Source: Gemmatimonadaceae bacterium (lineage in GTDB: Bacteria; Gemmatimonadota; Gemmatimonadetes; Gemmatimonadales; Gemmatimonadaceae). Taken from it: a stretch of 64,000 bases of DNA. A program made the translations under genes and the position numbers. Positions 47,029 to 55,569 of the stretch are shown piece after piece. The notes beneath the pieces were generated by a model. It saw only the letters and a list, made by a program, of their open reading frames with translations. It had not been told where the DNA came from and searched no databases. Within the stretch, counting starts at the first letter, position 1, and each line of letters opens with the position of its first letter. The DNA is taken from contig JBJMOW010000004.1 of assembly GCA_045803545.1 (NCBI GenBank), positions 448,001-512,000 on the forward strand. The letters are read 5' to 3'.

Positions 47029-48419
47029 TGCACACGACGCACGAGCTCACACTGGCTGCTGGCGCAGACAAGACCGCCATCGGGCGTTGTCGCGATGTGC
47101 TGGGTGCGCTTTTTGGACCTCCGCGCGAGCGCCCGTTCGATGTCCGCTTCTGGGATGGAACGACCGATCGGGGCAAGGAGCCGACTCCGCGTTTCACTCT
47201 GGTGCTCAATCGACCAGCATCGCTACGGCGCATGCTGATGCCGCCATCGGAGCTGTCGCTGGTAGAGTCTTACATCAGCGGCGACATCGATATCGAAGGC
47301 AGCATGGAAGCGGGCGCCATTCTCCAGCCTCTGATACGTGGGCGACTCGATTCGGCAGCGGCAGTGGCCAACCTCGTCAAGCTCGTGCTCAAGCTTCCCG
47401 GAAAGGCTGATGACGACCTGGCTGACGCACGATTCCCCGAGCACGCACGAAAGCTCGGGCCTCGACACACGCCCGTGCGTGACGCGGCGGCGGTACGCTT
47501 TCACTACGATGTCGGTAACGAGTTTTACAAACTCTGGCTCGACGACCGTATGGTTTACTCATGCGCCTACTTCCACACGCCGGACGACTCACTCGCCTCG
47601 GCGCAGGAAGCGAAGCTCGATTTGATCTGCCGCAAGCTTCGCCTGCAACCCGGCGAGCGATTCCTCGACATCGGCAGCGGGTGGGGCGGGCTGATCATGT
47701 ACGCTGCGCAGCACTACGGCGTCGACGCTACCGGCATCACGCTAAGCGAGAATCAGGCGAAGCTGGCCCGTGAGCGCATCGAGAAATCAGGACTGGCTGA
47801 TCACTGCCGCGTCGAGATTCGCGACTACCGTACGCTTGCCGCCGAGGATCGGTACGACAAAATCGCCAGCGTCGGCATGATCGAGCACGTCGGACTGAGT
47901 CATCTACCCGTTTATTTCGAGTCTGCGTATCGCGCACTGAAGCCGGGCGGTCTCTTTCTCAATCACGGTATCGTGAGCCTCGAAGCGGCGCGTCCGAAAA
48001 CGATGGGCGGCAAGCTGTGGGATCTGGTGTGGAAGAGCGGGTCGTTTATCGACACTTACGTCTTCCCTGATGGCAGACTGACTGCCGCTGCCGATGTCAT
48101 CTCCGCCGCCGAGTTGTCCGGGTTCGAGGTGCGCGACGTCGAGAGTCTACGCGAGCACTACGCGATGACACTTCGACACTGGGTGCGTTCGCTCGAGGAG
48201 AAGAGTGAGGCCGCGAAAGAGCTCGTTGGTGACCACACCTATCGGGTGTGGCGACTCTATATGTCGGGCTCGGCGAGGGCATTCGCGACCGCGGCTATCA
48301 ACATCATTCAGACACTACTCTCAAAGCCGAACGAGGCTGGGAAATCGAGCATACCTCTGACGCGCGAGGACATCTACAGCGGCCTCGACAAGAATCTGAG
48401 GGCGCCGAGAGTAGCTTGA
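47028..48419 (+). CDS. cfa: Cyclopropane-fatty-acyl-phospholipid synthase family methyltransferase
   Basis: HYDVGNEFY..WLD..MVYSCAYF, LDIGSGWG, SVGMIEHVG, YVFPDG, HYAMTLRHW. Confidence 0.9.
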   Translation: MHTTHELTLAAGADKTAIGRCRDVLGALFGPPRERPFDVRFWDGTTDRGKEPTPRFTLVLNRPASLRRMLMPPSELSLVESYISGDIDIEGSMEAGAILQPLIRGRLDSAAAVANLVKLVLKLPGKADDDLADARFPEHARKLGPRHTPVRDAAAVRFHYDVGNEFYKLWLDDRMVYSCAYFHTPDDSLASAQEAKLDLICRKLRLQPGERFLDIGSGWGGLIMYAAQHYGVDATGITLSENQAKLARERIEKSGLADHCRVEIRDYRTLAAEDRYDKIASVGMIEHVGLSHLPVYFESAYRALKPGGLFLNHGIVSLEAARPKTMGGKLWDLVWKSGSFIDTYVFPDGRLTAAADVISAAELSGFEVRDVESLREHYAMTLRHWVRSLEEKSEAAKELVGDHTYRVWRLYMSGSARAFATAAINIIQTLLSKPNEAGKSSIPLTREDIYSGLDKNLRAPRVA

Positions 48420-49477
48420 GGGTCGCGACATTTCTGATTGGCGCCGCCGCTGTCGCCACAGCGTGCGCCAGTCCCCCGCCGCCGCCACCGCCACGGCCGG
48501 TTGTCAAAGGCCCGCCGACTGATACAGTCAAAGTCCCGCTCACCGATCTGCTGACGGGAACGTATTTCGGAAACCAGGGCGGACTTTATCCGGGCGGGAG
48601 CAACCAGCCGCCGCCCGATCACGATTCCGCGGTCAGGGCGCGCCGCAACACGATCAAGCCGCTCGACGTGAACGGAGACGAGAGTCCGTTCGGCAAGTAC
48701 GTGCTGCTGTCGATCGGTCGCTCGAACGCAACCCAGGAGTGGTGCAGCGCGACTACGCGTCCGCCATGCGCGCTATGGACGTTGATGGGACGCGCCGCTG
48801 CAGATATCAGTGTTAATCGCTACACCATGGTAATCGTGAACGGCGCTGACAGCGGCCGACAGGACGCGCGCACATGGGCGTCGGCGACATCGCCCAACTA
48901 CGAACGCATCAAGACCGCGCGGCTGACTCCGCTCGGGCTCAGCGAGAATCAAGTGCAGGTCATATGGGCGGAGCTCGACGATTTCTCGCCGGTTTACTCG
49001 CTGCCCGCCGACAGCGCGGACGCGCACATACTGATGTCCAGTCTCGGTCAGGTAATGCGCGCTTTACGCACCCGGTATCCACACCTTCAGCTGGTGTTTT
49101 TATCGAGCAGGCTTTATGCGGGATACTCGACAAACGACCAATGGCCGGAGCCATTTGCCTACGAGCAGGGGTTCGCGGTGAAGTGGCTGATTGAATCACA
49201 GATAACGGAGATGCGCGGCACTCCACCGAGTCCGTGGGCGGGGAGCCTGAACTACGTAAAGAAGGCGGCGCCGGTCATTGTATGGGGACCATACTTGTGG
49301 GCCGCCGGTGAGAAGCCGCGGTCAGATGGTCTATTGTGGCGGCGGACTGATTTCGAGGCGGATGGGACAACGCCATCGCAGGATGGCGAAAACAAAGTTG
49401 GCCTGGCCCTGCTTAATTTCTTCAAGACTTCTCTTTACACGCGTTGCTGGTTCGTCAACGGTCAATATTGCCTGTGA
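48416..49477 (+). CDS. Lipoprotein of unknown function with polyproline linker
   Basis: TTG start overlapping cfa stop; lipobox ATAC; PPPPPPP linker; GGLYPGG, WGPYLWA motifs. Confidence 0.65.
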   Translation: MRVATFLIGAAAVATACASPPPPPPPRPVVKGPPTDTVKVPLTDLLTGTYFGNQGGLYPGGSNQPPPDHDSAVRARRNTIKPLDVNGDESPFGKYVLLSIGRSNATQEWCSATTRPPCALWTLMGRAAADISVNRYTMVIVNGADSGRQDARTWASATSPNYERIKTARLTPLGLSENQVQVIWAELDDFSPVYSLPADSADAHILMSSLGQVMRALRTRYPHLQLVFLSSRLYAGYSTNDQWPEPFAYEQGFAVKWLIESQITEMRGTPPSPWAGSLNYVKKAAPVIVWGPYLWAAGEKPRSDGLLWRRTDFEADGTTPSQDGENKVGLALLNFFKTSLYTRCWFVNGQYCL

Positions 49478-49483
49478 GATAAA

Positions 49484-49990
49484 ATGCCCGTCGCTCCTTT
49501 TGAAAACCTGCCAGACGATTCGCGGGTGTGGGTGTTCGCCGCCGATCGCACGCTCGATGAGCAGCAGTCGAAACAAATGCTCGCGGAGGTCGATCGCTTT
49601 TTGCCGACCTGGACCGCGCATGGGTCGCCGCTGACGGTGGGACGCGATTGGCGCTACGGCCGATTTCTAACCGTCGCCGTCGATCAATCGACTGCCGGAG
49701 CGTCGGGATGTTCGATCGACGGACTATTCCGTTCGCTGAAATCGCTGGAGAGTAAGATTGGCGCCAGCATGGTGACGAGCGGGCTCGTCTTCTTTCGTGA
49801 TAAAGCCGGCGCGGTGCAATCGGCGGATCGCGAACGGTTCACCGAGCTGAGTGGTGAAGGCAAAGTCTCGACCGACCTGACCGCGTTCGATCCGACCGTC
49901 ACGTCACTCGGCGAGTGGCGCGCGCGGTTCGAGCTGCCGCTGCGTGACTCATGGCACGCCAAGCTGCTAAGACAAGACCAGCCGGCGTGA
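49484..49990 (+). CDS. Conserved hypothetical protein
   Basis: SRVWVF, WTAHG.PL, ASGCSID motifs; operonic position. Confidence 0.7.
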   Translation: MPVAPFENLPDDSRVWVFAADRTLDEQQSKQMLAEVDRFLPTWTAHGSPLTVGRDWRYGRFLTVAVDQSTAGASGCSIDGLFRSLKSLESKIGASMVTSGLVFFRDKAGAVQSADRERFTELSGEGKVSTDLTAFDPTVTSLGEWRARFELPLRDSWHAKLLRQDQPA

Positions 49991-50409
49991 AGACCCACAC
50001 CAGCTACCTGACCTTCAACACCAGGAAGCGCCAGGAAATCATTGACATCACGGACGAAGTCGAGAAGTGTCGCGCGGCTGCCGGCATCGACGAGGGGATG
50101 GTACTCGTCTCCGCGATGCACATCTCGGCGTCGGTGTTCGTGAACGACCATGAATCGGGCTTGTGGAAAGACATTCTCGACTGGCTCGAGAACAGAATCG
50201 CCCCGTGGTCACCGGAAGACTATCGGCACAACAGCGGTACCGGTGAAGACAACGCCGCCGCACACCTGAGATCGCTAACGGTGGGTCACGAAGTCATCGT
50301 CCCGGTCACGAAAGGAAAGCTCGACTTCGGTCCGTGGCAGCGGGTTTTTTACGGCGAGTGGGACGGTCAGCGCGCCAAGCGCGTGCTGATCAAGGCGATG
50401 GGGGAGTAG
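49987..50409 (+). CDS. yjbQ: YjbQ/UPF0047 family protein
   Basis: MHISASVFVND.E, YRHN..GEDNAAAHL, GPWQRVFYGEWDG; GTGA coupling. Confidence 0.88.
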   Translation: MKTHTSYLTFNTRKRQEIIDITDEVEKCRAAAGIDEGMVLVSAMHISASVFVNDHESGLWKDILDWLENRIAPWSPEDYRHNSGTGEDNAAAHLRSLTVGHEVIVPVTKGKLDFGPWQRVFYGEWDGQRAKRVLIKAMGE

Positions 50410-50668
50410 TCGGAGGATTCGTGGCGTCGCTGGCCTCAACTGCGGCGGACGCTCCGATGAAACCGATGCGGCTGTGGGCGCCATCGCAGAACGGCTTGAT
50501 CACCGATCCGCCACAACGACATAAAGCGACGCGGGGTAATCCTTCCGGCGTCGTTTTTCTTTTGTTCTCGGGGACTTCGATTGGGTTGCCTTCAGCGTCG
50601 ACGAGCTTGAAATCGCCGATGATCCAGTACGGGCCGTTGTTGCGGCACAATACGGTGGTGTCTGACAT
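50390..50668 (-). CDS. CDGSH iron-sulfur domain protein
   Basis: NGPY and ALCRCGGSVIKPFCDGAH. Confidence 0.9.
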   Translation of the reverse strand: MSDTTVLCRNNGPYWIIGDFKLVDAEGNPIEVPENKRKTTPEGLPRVALCRCGGSVIKPFCDGAHSRIGFIGASAAVEASDATNPPTTPPSP

Positions 50669-50672
50669 AGCG

Positions 50673-51278
50673 CTAACCGTTTGGGTGAGGAGTTGAGACT
50701 TTGAGATCCCGCAAAAGACCGTCGCGCAGATCGTAGATCCATCCGTGAACCTCGAGCGGCTGTCCCCGAGCCCAGGCGTCGCGCACGATTGTCGTCTGAC
50801 TGACGTTGATCACCTGTTCCATGACATTCAGCTCGCACAGCCGATTGTGCCGGGCGTCCTCAGAGGGAATGTGCTCCAGCTCCTGCTGATGTTTCCACCG
50901 GACGTCCTGAACGTGGCGCAGCCAGTTGTCGACCAGGCCGAGTCTGTCGTCGCGTAGCGCGGCGCGTACGCCGCCGCAACCATAGTGACCGCAAACGACC
51001 ACGTGCTGAACCTTGAGCACGTCGACGCCGAACTGCAGCACCGACAGACAATTCAGATCGGCGTGCACGACGACATTGGCGATGTTGCGGTGCACGAACA
51101 TCTCTCCGGGCGCGAGGCCGACGATCTCATTGGCCGGAACCCGACTGTCTGCGCATCCGATCCATAAATAGCGGGGCGCCTGTTGTGCGGAGAGGCGCAA
51201 AAAGAACTCGGGATCCTGGCGAGTGACTCTTGAAGCCCAAGCGCGATTGTTGTCGAACAGTTCCTTGATGACGGCCAT
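50673..51278 (-). CDS. can: Beta-class carbonic anhydrase
   Basis: WIGCADSRVP, FVHRNIAN, GHYGCGG. Confidence 0.95.
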   Translation of the reverse strand: MAVIKELFDNNRAWASRVTRQDPEFFLRLSAQQAPRYLWIGCADSRVPANEIVGLAPGEMFVHRNIANVVVHADLNCLSVLQFGVDVLKVQHVVVCGHYGCGGVRAALRDDRLGLVDNWLRHVQDVRWKHQQELEHIPSEDARHNRLCELNVMEQVINVSQTTIVRDAWARGQPLEVHGWIYDLRDGLLRDLKVSTPHPNG

Positions 51279-51281
51279 GAC

Positions 51282-52223
51282 TTATTCGAGTCCGTCGGCA
51301 AAACCGATCCGCCAGCTTGGATAAATCGGCGCCCAATTGAGCTCGCGTTTCGCTTTCGCGTTCGAACAACCGCGAATCTGGGTCATCATCGAGACGCCGG
51401 CTTTGCCGGTCATCAGCTCGCCGAGCCAATGCGGAATCTTGTATGGCGGGCCGGCGCCGACTTCCTTCGCCAGCACCGGCAGCCAGGTCGCGACCTTCGC
51501 TGGCTCATCATCGACGACGTTGTAAACGCCCGCTGGTCCGCGCGAGATGGCCGCGATGGTTGCTCGCGCCGCGTCCATGACATGGATGAACGACCAGATC
51601 CCGCCACCGCCGCCGATAATCGGAAGGCGGCGCTTCTTGATCATCTTCACGACCACGCCTCCCTTTCCAATCGCGGTGCCCGGTCCGTAGAAATTTCCGT
51701 AGCGGAGGGTAATGCCCTCGAGAAATGTGGTGCTGCGCATCTTGTCCTCGAGGGAGCGAATTGCCGCGAGTGTCTTGCTAAAACTTTCCGGCGGTTTCGG
51801 ATCGAGCGGATCTTCCTCGGTCTTTACCGGGCCACCTTTTTTCGCATACGGCCATCCGCAGTAGCTCTGCGCGATGAATCGACGCGTACCGATAGTGCGT
51901 GCCGCGGCAAGCAGCGTATCCGTCACTTCGGTGCGAAAGCGGTTGGTGAGCACGAATTCCTGATCGAGCTTTCGAAAATTCCCGGCGGAGCTCAGCGCGG
52001 TCAGCTGATGAATGATGACTTCTGCCTCAGCGCGACGCACGGCCGCAGTGAGCGCCTGCTTGTCGAAAGGATCGGCGATGACGGGGGTGACGCCGATGTC
52101 GTCGAGCTTGCCCGCCTTGGCCGACGATCGAGTGAGCGCGACCACCTCGTGTTTGTTTTCAACCAGCAGCGGCAGCAGGAATTGTCCGATCGCGCCGGTG
52201 CCGCCGGTTACAAATACTTTCAT
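51282..52223 (-). CDS. NAD-dependent epimerase/dehydratase family protein
   Basis: TGGTGAIG, LRYGNFYGPG, SFIHVMDAA, YNVVDDEP. Confidence 0.88.
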   Translation of the reverse strand: MKVFVTGGTGAIGQFLLPLLVENKHEVVALTRSSAKAGKLDDIGVTPVIADPFDKQALTAAVRRAEAEVIIHQLTALSSAGNFRKLDQEFVLTNRFRTEVTDTLLAAARTIGTRRFIAQSYCGWPYAKKGGPVKTEEDPLDPKPPESFSKTLAAIRSLEDKMRSTTFLEGITLRYGNFYGPGTAIGKGGVVVKMIKKRRLPIIGGGGGIWSFIHVMDAARATIAAISRGPAGVYNVVDDEPAKVATWLPVLAKEVGAGPPYKIPHWLGELMTGKAGVSMMTQIRGCSNAKAKRELNWAPIYPSWRIGFADGLE

Positions 52224-52332
52224 TTGGCAGTTGTGCGGATTGACTGATGCGCGGGCGAGAATTACGCCAAATCATCGCATCTCGGCTACTGCCAATCTAA
52301 CCGTGTCGGGTGTCGGACAGTATTTCGCCCGC

Positions 52333-52779
52333 TTAACGGGCGAAGAACTCGCCAGTCGCGGACAAGTCCCGATGGCGTGAGGTGTAAAACCTCCCGCCGA
52401 TCCAGGCCGCCGGCAGCGCCAGCACTATCAGCGCGATCGGATACCAGTGCGGACCGAATTGAGCTCCGCGATTCCAGGTGATCACCGCGCCGATTAATGA
52501 GGCCGCAAGATTGAGCCAACCAAGAAACATCGCGTGCCACATCGGTCGATTCGGCGCCAGTCGCGCGGCGACGTAGCTGCCGAGCACACTGTAGACGAAC
52601 CGATAAAAGGTCGCGACTGCCAAAGCCCCGTTCGAGGCGACTTGATCGTACGGCGGAAAGAAGCCGACTGCATGCAGAATTGCGTCTGTACCGAGCGTCA
52701 GCACCAAACCAACAACCAAACCGCCGACGATTGCGCCGATGGTGCGACCAATACTCCGTTGCGGCTGTGGTGACGTCAT
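52333..52779 (-). CDS. Four-TM membrane protein of unknown function
   Basis: Hydrophobic segments; GSYVAARLAP, GPHWY; SD GGAGG. Confidence 0.75.
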   Translation of the reverse strand: MTSPQPQRSIGRTIGAIVGGLVVGLVLTLGTDAILHAVGFFPPYDQVASNGALAVATFYRFVYSVLGSYVAARLAPNRPMWHAMFLGWLNLAASLIGAVITWNRGAQFGPHWYPIALIVLALPAAWIGGRFYTSRHRDLSATGEFFAR

Positions 52780-52805
52780 GACGTGGCCCTCCACGGTTGC
52801 TCCAA

Positions 52806-53372
52806 TCAGGCTGAGTCCGGTTTTGCCGCCTTGCGCTCCGCAGTCGCACCAAGCCTTTCACGGTCTGCCGCTGCCGGATCGAAACCATCCGCTCGTACAT
52901 CCAGCATCAAGGCGAACGGACTCTCGGGTGCGAATTCGTCACGAATCTTGATCTGCTCGCCTGCTTCCGCAACAGCCAGCTTCTGTTCCACCAGCTCGGC
53001 GAGGTGCGTGAGTGCGGCGAGCGAGCCACGCATGGCGTGGCCGTCGAAGCCAGGGTCTGGATAGGTCATGATCTCGAGCGAGCCATACGGATCGTAGTTC
53101 TGCTTCGATCCGTCCGTCGCGTTCGCAGCGTCATTGACGAAGCCAAGTAGCAGATCCGGGAAGTAGAGCAATCCAGCTCGCGAGCCGGTCAACGTCCACA
53201 GCCGCTTCTCCGCGTCGACCTCGCAGAAGAAGCCGAGCTTCCGCCAGCCCTGCTTGATTTGATCCTCGGTCAGCGCCGAGTGCGATGTCTGGACCGAGTC
53301 GCCTATCTCGCGCTGGCGCAGCAGGTAAATCGCGCCGGCGACCACGAGCAGTGTGCCGAGGAAGTAGAGCAT
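52806..53372 (-). CDS. Membrane-anchored hypothetical protein
   Basis: N-terminal TM then globular-looking domain (WRKLGFF, PYGSLEIMT). Confidence 0.65.
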   Translation of the reverse strand: MLYFLGTLLVVAGAIYLLRQREIGDSVQTSHSALTEDQIKQGWRKLGFFCEVDAEKRLWTLTGSRAGLLYFPDLLLGFVNDAANATDGSKQNYDPYGSLEIMTYPDPGFDGHAMRGSLAALTHLAELVEQKLAVAEAGEQIKIRDEFAPESPFALMLDVRADGFDPAAADRERLGATAERKAAKPDSA

Positions 53373-53410
53373 ACCCTATTCGACGCCGGGCGGTTGCCCA
53401 GCGCAACCGC

Positions 53411-53457
53411 ATCACATCTCGACGGTTCTCAAAATCACATCTCGACGGTGCTCAAAA
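53411..53457. repeat. 23-bp tandem duplication of the DinB gene 3' end
   Basis: ATCACATCTCGACGGT(T/G)CTCAAA twice, one mismatch, each copy containing the TGA stop. Confidence 0.85.
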
Positions 53458-53944
53458 GTGCGTCGTGGGGCCACTGGACCGAAAATCCATTCTGGCGTAG
53501 CACCGTTGCGATCTGACCCCAATGTCGAATGCCGTGCAGGAAAATATTGGACGCCATCTTGTGCTTGCTCGCGGTCACCTCTCCGGCCGTCACAGTCATG
53601 AAGGTCAGCACGCGATCGAGCTCATCGTCCGCCGCCGTCGTCAGAAAATCGACAAGCAGCGCTCGCGCATTGTCGCCAAATGCGAAGACGTCCTCGAGCG
53701 AAGTGTAGATGAGCAGTTCCTGCCAGTCGCTTACGGTTTCGTCACGCAGGCGCTGGGTGTAGCGGAGCTCGACACTGAAGACATGGTTGACGAGCGCCCC
53801 GACGGTGCCCATTGGCGGTGCGGCAAAAGAAACGTCCCAGGCTTTGGGATTGGCCTCGAACCAGTCATGCCAGTGATGCTGTTCCATCGATGTGAATTCG
53901 AGCAGGAAGTCGTAGCTCAAGGCGCAACGATGGATCGCGCTCAT
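53435..53944 (-). CDS. DinB/YfiT family protein
   Basis: His triad NHVFSVE and HGIRHWGQ..LRQ. Confidence 0.82.
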   Translation of the reverse strand: MSAIHRCALSYDFLLEFTSMEQHHWHDWFEANPKAWDVSFAAPPMGTVGALVNHVFSVELRYTQRLRDETVSDWQELLIYTSLEDVFAFGDNARALLVDFLTTAADDELDRVLTFMTVTAGEVTASKHKMASNIFLHGIRHWGQIATVLRQNGFSVQWPHDALLSTVEM

Positions 53945-53954
53945 ACGCGGTTTG

Positions 53955-54410
53955 TCACGCTGTCTGCTTTTCGGCTTCGCGGGCGTAGCGTTTCAGCCGG
54001 CTGATCATCGCGTTCAATCCCGGCTCGCGCGCGGCAAGACCAATGCTTTCCATCAGCGTGCCGACGAAATCGCCGGGGATGCCAACTGTGGTGGCCGCCG
54101 GCTGGCCGTTTACTGCGCCGAACACAATCGCCAGGACGGCGGCAATCGTCGGCGATTCGCGCGTGTTCAGGTCGGCGTAGAAATACATCTTCCCATCGCG
54201 CAACTCGGGAAATATGTCGACGCGCGTCTGGCACTCAGGAATGTTGAACGCCCCACGATCCAGGTTCTTGAACCGTTCGGGCAGAGGCTCGAGCTTCTTC
54301 GAGTATTGCACCAGCGCCTGCATTTTCTCTTCGCGACTCATCGAGCGAAAAAGTCGCAGCACGCGCTCGATCGATGGAGGAATGCCTGTTGTCATGGGAG
54401 CGCTTTCCAT
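53955..54410 (-). CDS. sufE: SufE family sulfur-acceptor protein
   Basis: IPECQTRV conserved Cys, ESPTIAA, R..GL.AM..RLK; start may be 54395. Confidence 0.8.
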   Translation of the reverse strand: MESAPMTTGIPPSIERVLRLFRSMSREEKMQALVQYSKKLEPLPERFKNLDRGAFNIPECQTRVDIFPELRDGKMYFYADLNTRESPTIAAVLAIVFGAVNGQPAATTVGIPGDFVGTLMESIGLAAREPGLNAMISRLKRYAREAEKQTA

Positions 54411-54464
54411 GTGGGCAATCTAATTAGCTTTCCTCAGAGATCATTCACAGCACGGAGACAGTAA

Positions 54465-54893
54465 ATGCCAACGAGAACGGCAAGCGCCAAATGGGAAGGC
54501 GGACTCAAGAACGGCAAAGGCAGCTTCAAGGGTGAGAGCGGTGCAGTCGCCGGTCAGTTCAATTTCAGCTCGCGCTTCGAGAGTGGAGTCGGCTCGAACC
54601 CCGAAGAGCTGCTCGCGGCGGCGGAGGCCGCTTGCTTCAGCATGGCGCTGAGCGCGGGTCTCGAAAAAAATGGAACTCCGCCGACGAAAGTGGAGACCAC
54701 CGCTTCCTGCACTGTTCAAGCGGTTCCCGGTGGCTTCGGCATCACGACGATGAAACTCAACGTGCAGGCGACGGTGCCCAAGATCGACAAAGTGAAGTTC
54801 GAGCAAATCGCCATGGAGACGAAGGAGGGATGCCCCGTCTCAAAGGCGTTGAAGGGGAACGTCGACATCCAGCTGGAGGCGCGCCTGCTTTGA
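54465..54893 (+). CDS. osmC: OsmC family peroxiredoxin
   Basis: RFE..GSNPEELLAAA.AACFSMALS, CPVSKAL. Confidence 0.92.
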   Translation: MPTRTASAKWEGGLKNGKGSFKGESGAVAGQFNFSSRFESGVGSNPEELLAAAEAACFSMALSAGLEKNGTPPTKVETTASCTVQAVPGGFGITTMKLNVQATVPKIDKVKFEQIAMETKEGCPVSKALKGNVDIQLEARLL

Positions 54894-54895
54894 GA

Positions 54896-54935
54896 TTGAG
54901 GCGTTCGGCCCAATAGCCAGGTCCGAACGCCCCAA
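54896..54935. terminator. Hairpin between convergent osmC and mscS
   Basis: GGCGTTCGG (54900-54908) / CCGAACGCC (54923-54931); no clear U-tract. Confidence 0.5.
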
Positions 54936-54939
54936 TGCC

Positions 54940-55533
54940 TTACCGCGAGTAGTTCCGAATCTTCGACTTCAGCAATTCCCCATTGGCGAAGATGATCTGC
55001 TCCCCTGAATCGCTGCGCACGCGGGTGGTCTTCAGCCCGATGTGCTCGACTCTGCCCCGGTAGTTCTCAACTGAAATCTGGTCGCCAACCACGAAGGGCT
55101 TGTCCGTCACAATCGCGATAGCGGCGAACAAGTCGCCAAGAATGTTCTGAACTGCCAACGCCACCGCCAAGCCGCCGATTCCAAGACCGGTCAGCAGCGG
55201 CTTGATCTCGACGCCCACCTTCGACAGCGCATAGACGCCGAGGATTATCCAGACGGCCAGTCGCGCTACAACTCCCACCGCTTTGAAGCTCGTGATGTTG
55301 CTGCCGTCCGTCGCGTGCAACGCTACGAACCGCTGGATGTAGTAATTGACGATGATGTTGGTCCAGATCACGCCTTGTGTGAAGAGCGCGATGATGGTCG
55401 CGATGTTCGCCTTGTCCTGAGTCGCTTCCGAAAGCCCGAGCAGCTTTGGAGTGTATGAGGCGACGAGGGCGATGAAGAGAAACAGCGAGCCCCGGAGAAT
55501 TTTGACAGCTAGTGTGTTTTTCATGTCCGTCAT
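54940..55533 (-). CDS. MscS mechanosensitive channel family protein (short, lacks C-terminal alpha/beta domain)
   Basis: GLGIGGLAVALAVQ, DKPFVVGD, GRVEHIGLKTTRVR, N.S; ends after the middle beta domain. Confidence 0.85.
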   Translation of the reverse strand: MTDMKNTLAVKILRGSLFLFIALVASYTPKLLGLSEATQDKANIATIIALFTQGVIWTNIIVNYYIQRFVALHATDGSNITSFKAVGVVARLAVWIILGVYALSKVGVEIKPLLTGLGIGGLAVALAVQNILGDLFAAIAIVTDKPFVVGDQISVENYRGRVEHIGLKTTRVRSDSGEQIIFANGELLKSKIRNYSR

Positions 55534-55569
55534 TGCTAAGTACAGACGGACACAGGCACCCAACTGCAA

